Source of the DNA: an uncultured virus (IMG/VR IMGVR_UViG_3300030010_000003)
Lineage: Duplodnaviria; Heunggongvirae; Uroviricota; Caudoviricetes
Reading direction: 5' to 3' (one strand)
Length of the DNA stretch: 64,000 nucleotides
Virus record (IMG/VR): IMGVR_UViG_3300030010_000003
The notes beneath the pieces are model-generated. The model ran no database searches. It was given only the letters and a program-made list of their open reading frames with translations, and was not told the origin of the DNA. The position numbers and the translations under genes are program-made. This document shows positions 54,004-61,141 of this stretch, in pieces (position 1 is the stretch's first letter; each line of letters opens with the position of its first letter).

Positions 54004-54450
54004 TCAGTAGCCAGCAGCTGCGAACTGCTCCTTGAAGTGGAGCAGCAGCATCTGCCGGGTGGGCTTGTCCTCAATCAGCTCGACGCCCTTCATGGCAATG
54101 CTGGTGAACTCGTCGAGGAACGCCGCACGCAGCTGCTCGTGGCCAGTGGCCAGAACCTTGTTCCACTCCTTGACCATGTCCAGCCACTGGGCGGTGGCGT
54201 CCTTCTCAGAGTTCACGCCGCGCCAGCCGCCGTAGATCTCGTGGTAGCGCAGCATCACGTACTTGGTCGCGATCCGCTCCAGCAGGAACTCCTGCACGGT
54301 GTGCATCGGAATGCCCCGGGACTCGGCCTGTAGCTTCCGCACGGACGTCAGGTACAGCTCAGCCAGCTCAGGCTTGGCCAGCACGTCGGCAGGCAGCTGG
54401 AAGGCGACCCCCAGCTCGGGGGCCTCATCTTCCGGAGGCAGACTCGTCAC
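54004..54450 (-). CDS. Putative terminase small subunit
   Basis: 148 aa helical protein two genes upstream of TerL; leaderless start. Confidence 0.4.
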   Translation of the reverse strand: MTSLPPEDEAPELGVAFQLPADVLAKPELAELYLTSVRKLQAESRGIPMHTVQEFLLERIATKYVMLRYHEIYGGWRGVNSEKDATAQWLDMVKEWNKVLATGHEQLRAAFLDEFTSIAMKGVELIEDKPTRQMLLLHFKEQFAAAGY

Positions 54451-55187
54451 ACCTCTGAAGATCGGCCCTTCATTCGATACCCCCCACGCGCATGGAGTGG
54501 ACGGAAGCTCTCGGCGGTGCGGAAGTTCTCAGCGGTGCCGTGGATGCCGTAGACGCCGATGTTGTCGACGCGACTCATTTCAGGAAACACACCGGACAGC
54601 CCGAGCTGGGGGAAGATCCGGGTGTTGAGGTTCCAGTCCCATCCCGACTGGTTGCCGGGGGTGCCGTTGAAGGTCGAGTAGTCGTGGTCCCACGTCGGGC
54701 CGAGGACGTCATGCCAGACGTTCTTCCACGTGCCCCATATCCACGGGTTGAACTCGGAGAGGACCTGCACCACCTCAGGGTCGGATCCGGGACCGTCGGT
54801 GTAGGCGTGCACCGTGGCCACCTCAGAATCATCTCTGAAGGCTGCCTCCGCCCAGTCGAAGTACTCCAGCACGTCGTCGGAGACGCACAGGTCGTCCTCT
54901 GCCCGGATGACGAAGTCGAAGTTCTTGAACATCTTCTCGAAGCCCACCCACGGGTGGTGGAGGACACCGTAGCGGGTGGGGTTGACCTCGACGTGGGACG
55001 CGAGGTGGCCCATCCTCACGAAGGAGGCCTCGACGATGGCGGCGCACTCCTCCGCCTTGGGTCCGGGCTCGATCATCACGAGGAAGGGCACCCCGAGCAC
55101 GCCCCGGACGAGTTCCCACGACCGCATGGTCCGGGCCAGCAGCTCGGGCCGGTCGTAGGCGGTGAGGAAGATGGCCTTGGTCATCAT
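54447..55187 (-). CDS. GT-A glycosyltransferase (GT2/GT13-like)
   Basis: TAYDRPELL, VIRAEDDL, PWIWGTW..W, GWDW, SRVDNIG..G. Confidence 0.85.
   Translation of the reverse strand: MMTKAIFLTAYDRPELLARTMRSWELVRGVLGVPFLVMIEPGPKAEECAAIVEASFVRMGHLASHVEVNPTRYGVLHHPWVGFEKMFKNFDFVIRAEDDLCVSDDVLEYFDWAEAAFRDDSEVATVHAYTDGPGSDPEVVQVLSEFNPWIWGTWKNVWHDVLGPTWDHDYSTFNGTPGNQSGWDWNLNTRIFPQLGLSGVFPEMSRVDNIGVYGIHGTAENFRTAESFRPLHARGGYRMKGRSSEV
54457..54467 (-). promoter_or_regulatory. Late-class promoter motif; leaderless GTG 6 nt downstream
   Basis: GGCCGATCTTC-AGAGGT-GTG. Confidence 0.75.
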
Positions 55188-55693
55188 GGGTGGACCGCCG
55201 TCGCACGGCTGTCGGTGCCGCCGAGTTCGGTGGTGTGTGGCACCTCGCTGACCTCGACGCCCTCCCACCCCTGAGCTGACAGGACCTGATCAATCGCATG
55301 GATGGGGACGTTGCCGTACCAGCCGGGCTGGTCCGGGTCATCGTGGTTGACGCCGTGGACGCCTCTCCCGGGGCCTGCACAGGTGACGATCAGCCGACCA
55401 CCCGGCTTCAGCATCAGGAAGGCGTTGTTGAGGATCTCACGCCAGTACGGGGTGTGCTCCAGCAGCTCGCAGCAGACCACCAGATCCACCGGCTTGCTGG
55501 GGCGCACGGTGGCCGCGTTGGCAACCAGATCCACGTCCGGGCCATCGACGGCGTCGATCCCGATGTACTGGGTGCCGGTGAAGAACTGGCGGATCCCTCT
55601 GCCGCTGGTGTTGCGGGATCCGAGTTCGATCACGATCATCTCGGGGTCGTGGGTCTCCCACTGGCGGACCCAACTCATTGCCTCTTCGTGCAT
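55184..55693 (-). CDS. Class I SAM-dependent methyltransferase
   Basis: VIELGS, YIGID..GPDVD, DLVVCCELLEH, LKPGGRLIVT. Confidence 0.88.
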   Translation of the reverse strand: MHEEAMSWVRQWETHDPEMIVIELGSRNTSGRGIRQFFTGTQYIGIDAVDGPDVDLVANAATVRPSKPVDLVVCCELLEHTPYWREILNNAFLMLKPGGRLIVTCAGPGRGVHGVNHDDPDQPGWYGNVPIHAIDQVLSAQGWEGVEVSEVPHTTELGGTDSRATAVHP

Positions 55694-55715
55694 CAGGACT
55701 CCTTCTTGGGGGTGA

Positions 55716-56405
55716 TCACTTGTGCTGCCACCACGCTGTGCCGTTGTCGGCGTTGGCCCAGAAGGTGGTGTGTACGAGTTCTCCGGTGACGACGCGGGCG
55801 GGGGCGTTGCAATACGCCGTCAAGTTGAAGATCGCCATGTCCGACTTGGTGGGCCAGCCAGCTCCGGCCCACTGCACCAGCAGTGCGGCGAGGAACGCCT
55901 GCACGGTCTTGACGTGGCCCCCCACCAGACCGGCGTTGAGCAGCAGCAGGTCCCGCTCGGAGTCGATGAACAGCTGCTCGATGGGGGAGGGGTGGTGGTT
56001 GATGTTGCGCATCCAGTCGCAGCCCACGAGGTGCTGCTCCTCGCTGCCGACATACAGGACGCCTTCCTCCATCTGATCCCACGGCTCCCGGAGCATGGTC
56101 ACGTCCGAGCCGTCGGTCAGCCACACCTTGTCGAGGCTGTGCTCGTTGAGGTAGAGCCACTGGAGGAAGTAGACCCACCGGTTGAAGTACGGGCCACCGG
56201 AGGGGACGTTGGGAGACGCCAGATCGGAGGAGTTGACCAGCTGCACCCCCTGCGGGGTGGTGGTGAGTTCGTCGGCGATCACGACAGGGGTGGCACCCTT
56301 GATGGACGCTGCCCACGTTTCCAGAATCGAGGGATCGGCATCCCACTTCCGGCCCCGCATCGGGTCGGGCTCCTTGGTCAGGAGGGAGGTCACGACGACA
56401 TTCAT
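55716..56405 (-). CDS. GT-A-fold glycosyltransferase (putative)
   Basis: VWLTDGSDV, LLNAGLVGG, DMAIFN, WWQHK. Confidence 0.65.
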   Translation of the reverse strand: MNVVVTSLLTKEPDPMRGRKWDADPSILETWAASIKGATPVVIADELTTTPQGVQLVNSSDLASPNVPSGGPYFNRWVYFLQWLYLNEHSLDKVWLTDGSDVTMLREPWDQMEEGVLYVGSEEQHLVGCDWMRNINHHPSPIEQLFIDSERDLLLLNAGLVGGHVKTVQAFLAALLVQWAGAGWPTKSDMAIFNLTAYCNAPARVVTGELVHTTFWANADNGTAWWQHK

Positions 56406-57010
56406 GAAACGTGCTCCCTCAGGGCAGTGGTGGAGACGAGCACGGATCCTCCGACGTAACGGGTACGGCGGCAGTAGTCCGCCCATGCGTCTGCTCCGTC
56501 GTAGACACGTGGGTCGAAGCGGACCTTCATCTCTCCGGACACCACGACGGCGCTGGGGTGAGCCTGATCAGGCTCGTTTCCGAAGAAGGTCTGGTGAGCG
56601 CGAGGTCCGATCACATCGAAGAGGTCTGGCTCGGCCATCCACACGTCCAGCGTACGCATGTGGTGCCTGAGGCTGTCCGCGTGGCGCAGGGGCAATGGTG
56701 CTGTCGGATCGAGCAGGAGGACGTCCCAGATGGCGTCTGCGGGCTGCTGGGCGGCGATGTGGTCAAGGCCTGCGTTCCACAGCATGGAGTCCCGGTAGGC
56801 CCCGAGGATGACCGGATTCTCTGCCGTCCGGCGATGGAAGTGCAGCGGATACTCCGAGACCACCACGGCGCGCTCAGCGGGGACCCGCATGGCTGAATAC
56901 GCGGAGGGTACGTCCACGAACTTGCCGGACTTCACGATGGACAGGATCCAAAGTTCGGGGAGGCCGGTGGTGGCTGGGACTGTGGGGGCGAGCAAGGATG
57001 TCAAGGCCAT
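56402..57010 (-). CDS. Hypothetical protein, possibly a degenerate glycosyltransferase
   Basis: LWNAGLD..WDVLLLD..RFDPR..D GT2-like pattern without a clear DxD. Confidence 0.45.
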   Translation of the reverse strand: MALTSLLAPTVPATTGLPELWILSIVKSGKFVDVPSAYSAMRVPAERAVVVSEYPLHFHRRTAENPVILGAYRDSMLWNAGLDHIAAQQPADAIWDVLLLDPTAPLPLRHADSLRHHMRTLDVWMAEPDLFDVIGPRAHQTFFGNEPDQAHPSAVVVSGEMKVRFDPRVYDGADAWADYCRRTRYVGGSVLVSTTALREHVS

Positions 57011-57083
57011 TCCTCCAAAATAGGTAAGAGTCCCCCCGGCCTCGCGAGCAGCCTACAACGGGAGAACTGAATCGGTGCAAAAC

Positions 57084-58211
57084 TCATACAGATGCAGCCG
57101 GAGCAAACCGCTGGAGGTCGGAAAGGCTCATCCTCCGGGGGGTCTGAACCTCCTCAGTGGATGGAGCAGGGACGGCCATCGCCATGACCTTGGGGATGAT
57201 GTCCTTGCCCTTGGTGAACGCCTCGGTGACCAGCACCAGCGCCATCTCCAGCACCCCTCTGGGGTCGTCGGAGCGGATCTTGGTCTTGACCTCCCACAAC
57301 ACCCGGATCGCAGCAAGCAACCGCTCCGGCTCCAGCTTCAGTGCCAGCCCATGGCGGACCTCGTAGTCCTCCCCCGACACCTTCAGGGTGCCTCCGGCGC
57401 GCAGCACCAGCAGGTCCCTCAGGCAGGAGACCAGCTCAGCGGTGATCTGGCCGGGCGAGCCCACCGAGGACAGCTGGGTGTCCAGCACCTCGAAGACCCG
57501 GGAGTGGTCGCCGGAGGCGCAGGCCTCCAGCAGGGCTGGTGCCGTGTCGTGCTCCCCCGTCAGGCGCTGGTAGTCAGCCATGGTGGTCACCTGTGCGCGC
57601 CACGTCTGGTCCAGTGCCATCAGCGCGGTGCGGACGTTGCCACCTGCCAGCCGGACGATGTGGTTGATCAGGTCGAACTCGGCAGGGATCGACTCCTTCT
57701 GGGCGATCACCATCACCCGGTCCAGCACGTCGGCGTCGGGGACGGCGCGGAACTGGAACTCCACCAGCCTGCTCAGCACGGTGCCGGGGATCTTGTGGGG
57801 CTCGGTGGTGACCAGCACGAACACGGTATTGCTCGGCGGCTCCTCCAGCGTCTTCAGGAGGGCCTCGAAGCCCTGCCGGGTGATGCTGTGTGCCTCGTCC
57901 AGCACCATGACCCTGTGGGCCCCTCCTGTGGAGAACCGGGCCACGTCCAGCAGCTTGCGGATCTGGTCCACGCCCCCATTGCTGGCAGCGTCCACCTCGA
58001 TCACATCGGAGGCCCCCATCTGGGAGGCGAGCACCCGGGCGGCTGTGGTCTTGCCCACCCCGGACGGGCCGGAGAAGAGCAGGGCGTGTGGGACCCGGTC
58101 GGTGTCGACCATCCGCTGGAGCACGGTGGCGTTGAGCCGCTGACCCACCAGATCGGGGAACACCTGTGGCCGGTACTTCAGGGCCAGTGGGGCTGTGTCG
58201 GCGTCGCTCAT
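57084..58211 (-). CDS. dnaX: DNA polymerase III gamma/tau (DnaX)-like clamp-loader ATPase
   Basis: LALKYRPQ.F.DLVGQ, GPSGVGKTT, EVDAASNGGVD, DEAH, LLKTLEEPP, TTEPHKIP. Confidence 0.93.
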   Translation of the reverse strand: MSDADTAPLALKYRPQVFPDLVGQRLNATVLQRMVDTDRVPHALLFSGPSGVGKTTAARVLASQMGASDVIEVDAASNGGVDQIRKLLDVARFSTGGAHRVMVLDEAHSITRQGFEALLKTLEEPPSNTVFVLVTTEPHKIPGTVLSRLVEFQFRAVPDADVLDRVMVIAQKESIPAEFDLINHIVRLAGGNVRTALMALDQTWRAQVTTMADYQRLTGEHDTAPALLEACASGDHSRVFEVLDTQLSSVGSPGQITAELVSCLRDLLVLRAGGTLKVSGEDYEVRHGLALKLEPERLLAAIRVLWEVKTKIRSDDPRGVLEMALVLVTEAFTKGKDIIPKVMAMAVPAPSTEEVQTPRRMSLSDLQRFAPAASV

Positions 58212-58369
58212 CACTTGCTCGTCACGAACGAGCCGAAGCACCCGGCAGGAGCGTCCTGAAACGGGATGTAGAAGCAGTGCGAGTAGAACCAGAAGCCGTA
58301 CAGGCACATCACCGCAACCAGCGTGGCGGCTGCCAGCAGGGACACATGGACCTTGACGTTCTCAGGCAT
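58211..58369 (-). CDS. Small membrane protein
   Basis: MPENVKVHVSLLAAATLVAVMCLYGFWF... Confidence 0.5.
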   Translation of the reverse strand: MPENVKVHVSLLAAATLVAVMCLYGFWFYSHCFYIPFQDAPAGCFGSFVTSK

Positions 58370-58598
58370 GAGGGGCTTCCTGTTCGTCGGCAAGGATGTC
58401 CTGCCGGTAGTCGGCGACGACCAAGGCCAGTACCTCACCGATGTCGGTGGCGTGGCCGTAGAAGTGGTCGAACGCGGAGATGATGACCCTCTCGCAGCTC
58501 TCGCAGGGCTTGCCGGAGATGAGGCAGTCGGTGTGCACCCCGCCGTGCTCGTGGGCCCAGCGCAGGACCTTGCGGGGCATACCGGGATCAACATTCAT
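58362..58598 (-). CDS. Hypothetical protein
   Basis: Tightly packed; H..C..C..C motif. Confidence 0.55.
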   Translation of the reverse strand: MNVDPGMPRKVLRWAHEHGGVHTDCLISGKPCESCERVIISAFDHFYGHATDIGEVLALVVADYRQDILADEQEAPHA

Positions 58599-58599
58599 T

Positions 58600-59250
58600 T
58601 CAGGAAACGTCCTTCACAACGGTCTTGCCGTTGGTGGTGGAGAAGTTGTAGACCCGGTCGGCGTACTGGGCGAACTCTGGCTGGTGGGTGACCATGATGA
58701 TCTGGACCCCGGTGCGGTCGACGACCTCGCGCAGGAACTGCCCTGTCGGTTCGAGGTACTCCGCGCTCACGTGGGCGAAGATCTCGTCCAGCACCATGAT
58801 CGTGGAGTCACGGGGATCGCGACCCATCAGCATGACGACGAACCGCAGCAGGAAGCCGATCACGGCGGCAAGGCCACCGCCCCGGGCGTCCATCACCGGG
58901 GTCTCGATGACGTCGTTGCCCAGCGTCGTGCGGACCACGAACTCGACCACTGCGGTCTTGCCCTTCACGGCCTGCACGATGTGGAAGCTCAGGGTGTCGT
59001 CGAAGATCATCCGCAGGCCCCGGGTGACCAGCTCCTCGATGCTGGACTGGGCGGCAAGCTGCCGCTCCTCCCCCAGCGAGTTCAGCAGCACCGTCACGCG
59101 GTCCAGCTCCTCCACCAGTGCGGACAGGTCTGACACCTCGGTGGTCAGCTCCTTGCCCCGCAACAGCACCGCCCGGACCCCACCCTGCGCCACATCGATC
59201 TGCCGACGGCGCTGGCGGGCCCTGACGACCAGCGAATCCAATGTGTCCAT
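58600..59250 (-). CDS. SbcC/Rad50-like ATPase, C-terminal half only
   Basis: Coiled coil, signature GGG, Walker B MVLDE.FAHVS, IIMVTH; no Walker A. Confidence 0.8.
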   Translation of the reverse strand: MDTLDSLVVRARQRRRQIDVAQGGVRAVLLRGKELTTEVSDLSALVEELDRVTVLLNSLGEERQLAAQSSIEELVTRGLRMIFDDTLSFHIVQAVKGKTAVVEFVVRTTLGNDVIETPVMDARGGGLAAVIGFLLRFVVMLMGRDPRDSTIMVLDEIFAHVSAEYLEPTGQFLREVVDRTGVQIIMVTHQPEFAQYADRVYNFSTTNGKTVVKDVS

Positions 59251-59764
59251 GACTACTGGTACGCCTCAGAACGTCGCCAGACCAACCGGGGTGCCCAATG
59301 AGTGCATCAATCTCTTTTTCGGAAACGTCTTGGGGGGCGTCGGCGACCACACGCTTGCGCAACCGGGTCGCGTGCTGACGGCTGATGCCGAGCTTCGCCG
59401 CCACCTGCGCCGCGCTCATGTAGGCCAGATCCTTGACCATGCCCAACAGCGGCGAGACCCGCTTGGACCGGCAGCCCCCACGGTGGGCCTTCTCGAAGCA
59501 CTCGTGCTCGGGGTCGTAGTGCTCCAGCGCGTACTCCGCCGCCGAGACAGCCATGTCCGCTGTGAGCAGGTAGGACCGTTCGGTAGCGCCTAACGGTCGG
59601 TGGAGCTTCACACTGACCGTGAAGACCCAGTCGCTGAGCATGTCGACATCCGGGAACGGAGTGCTCGTGCGGCGGAAGGTGTGGAGGTACCGGTTGGCGT
59701 TGCCCTTCATCCACCCGAGGACGTCAGAAGAGTCGCCACACTCGGGGTAGGGGAACAGCTTCAC
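58808..59764 (-). CDS. HTH DNA-binding protein (Rep C-terminus/PriCT-like); 3' end doubtful because it overlaps the next gene
   Basis: PL..ER..AVSAAEY, RGG.RS, SAAQVAAKLGISRQHATRL; GTG 3 nt after a promoter motif. Confidence 0.55.
   Translation of the reverse strand: MKLFPYPECGDSSDVLGWMKGNANRYLHTFRRTSTPFPDVDMLSDWVFTVSVKLHRPLGATERSYLLTADMAVSAAEYALEHYDPEHECFEKAHRGGCRSKRVSPLLGMVKDLAYMSAAQVAAKLGISRQHATRLRKRVVADAPQDVSEKEIDALIGHPGWSGDVLRRTSSHGHIGFAGRQGPPAPSADRCGAGWGPGGAVAGQGADHRGVRPVRTGGGAGPRDGAAELAGGGAAACRPVQHRGAGHPGPADDLRRHPELPHRAGREGQDRSGRVRGPHDAGQRRHRDPGDGRPGRWPCRRDRLPAAVRRHADGSRSP
59254..59265 (-). promoter_or_regulatory. Middle-class promoter motif; leaderless ATG 3 nt downstream
   Basis: GGCGTACCAGTA-GTC-ATG. 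Confidence 0.75.
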
Positions 59765-59767
59765 AAC

Positions 59768-59778
59768 TACTGGTACGC
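59768..59778 (-). promoter_or_regulatory. Middle-class promoter motif; leaderless GTG 3 nt downstream
   Basis: GCGTACCAGTA-GTT-GTG. Confidence 0.7.
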
Positions 59779-59879
59779 GGATCGGACCCGAAAACGCAGC
59801 GAGCCCTCGATCAGAGACCAAGGACTCGATGAGCCTTACTCCCCCTACGGGGGTAGTTAGTTAAAGGTTACATAGTGGT

Positions 59880-60158
59880 TTACGACTTCGAGCGCAGAAA
59901 ATCTTCGACGCTGAAGTCCAACGCGGGGGTGTAGTCCCGGTGCCAGTGGATCTCTCCCAAGGGCACCTCATCGGACAGTTCGACGGTCATGGTCTCCAGC
60001 GACTCGACGACCTTGAGCCCACGCCTGCCCTCGAAGATCATCGCCATGCACATCTCCTCCAGCAGACCGTCCCGCTTGGCCAGCATGTCGTGCACAGCCT
60101 TCGAGATGCTGGCCTCCAGCGCTTCTCCCTCCGGCGTCCCTGACCACATGTACTTCAC
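59880..60158 (-). CDS. Hypothetical protein
   Basis: GTGA overlap with the upstream gene. Confidence 0.55.
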   Translation of the reverse strand: MKYMWSGTPEGEALEASISKAVHDMLAKRDGLLEEMCMAMIFEGRRGLKVVESLETMTVELSDEVPLGEIHWHRDYTPALDFSVEDFLRSKS

Positions 60159-60325
60159 AGCCGGGACACCGTCGTGTAGGCGGGGAGGGCGCAGTGCTGG
60201 CAGGTCGCAGGGACGGTGGTCCTGACCGTGAATGCGGTCCCGAAGTCCACCATCATGGACAGCACCGCCACCAGAGTGTGGTCCTTGCACACGGAGGTCT
60301 TCGAGAGCCTCTCTGCCGACCTCAC
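60155..60325 (-). CDS. Small zinc-binding hypothetical protein
   Basis: CKDH..CQHC; GTGA overlap, GGAGG RBS. Confidence 0.5.
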   Translation of the reverse strand: MRSAERLSKTSVCKDHTLVAVLSMMVDFGTAFTVRTTVPATCQHCALPAYTTVSRL

Positions 60326-60582
60326 AGCCCCTCCAGAAGGGCGACGTGCCCATAGCCATCCTCCAACTGCTGAACGACCCGCACAGAGGCAGGATCGAGA
60401 CCGCGCTTCGTAGCTTCCACCCTGCCCACCATCAGCGCTGCCGTGGTGATGTTCTGGGTCAGCGAGCGCTGGCCATCCACGCGCAGGGTGCGCTGGGTCT
60501 GGGTGCCCGTCATGCGGGCGAAGATCCGCAGCTGAGGCACGGTTCCCCGAACCTCGCTGCGAACCGTCATGGTTGCCACCAT
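60322..60582 (-). CDS. Hypothetical protein
   Basis: TGATG overlap. Confidence 0.55.
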   Translation of the reverse strand: MVATMTVRSEVRGTVPQLRIFARMTGTQTQRTLRVDGQRSLTQNITTAALMVGRVEATKRGLDPASVRVVQQLEDGYGHVALLEGL

Positions 60583-60983
60583 CAGACCTGCACGCGCTTC
60601 GGCGAGACGGCGGGCTCGGCGTTCTCCCGGTCGATGGACAGGGTCTGCACGACCTTGGTACGGAAGACGTCCAGCTCATCGGCGGGGATGGCCTTGGTGT
60701 CGAGGGAGTGGATGAAGTACTGCGGGAACTGCTCCTCGACGTACTTCTCGGCCAGTGCCTCCATGTCGAGCCTGCGCTGCTCGTTGAGCTTGACGATGAT
60801 CGCGCCGTACTTGTCGCTGGGGTAGACCAGCGTCTTCTTTCCGGAAAGACCGGCGTCGAGGTGAGCCTTCTTGATCTTGGCGTTGAGGATCTTGTGCTCT
60901 TCGGCGAGCGCGGCGATGCCAGCGTCGAGCTGGGCGTAGCGGTCGAGGTCGGCCTGCGTGAGACCGTCGGGCAGTGCAGCCAT
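60582..60983 (-). CDS. Hypothetical early protein
   Basis: GAAGGA RBS behind a consensus promoter. Confidence 0.7.
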   Translation of the reverse strand: MAALPDGLTQADLDRYAQLDAGIAALAEEHKILNAKIKKAHLDAGLSGKKTLVYPSDKYGAIIVKLNEQRRLDMEALAEKYVEEQFPQYFIHSLDTKAIPADELDVFRTKVVQTLSIDRENAEPAVSPKRVQV

Positions 60984-61016
60984 TGTGATTCCTTCTGTGT
61001 TGTTGACCTGTCCCTA

Positions 61017-61045
61017 ACTATAGTCACTTGGGCTCTGCATGTCAA
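61017..61045 (-). promoter_or_regulatory. SigmaA-type early promoter TTGACA-17-TATAGT
   Basis: Near-perfect consensus. Confidence 0.85.
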
Positions 61046-61080
61046 CTGTTTCTGGAATCAACCTACCGGTGGGCAAGCGA

Positions 61081-61112
61081 AAGCCCGGAGGGCCACTAAC
61101 ACCTCCGGGCTT
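61081..61112 (-). terminator. Intrinsic terminator after the clamp gene
   Basis: AAGCCCGGAG..CTCCGGGCTT stem followed by TCGCTT. Confidence 0.65.
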
Positions 61113-61141
61113 CCTGTCGGCGCAACGCGACTGCGCGCAGC

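Noticed and set aside
57066..57078. CACCGATTCAG upstream of the GT cassette as a late promoter
   Set aside because: Only the CCGAT core matches; too weak to call
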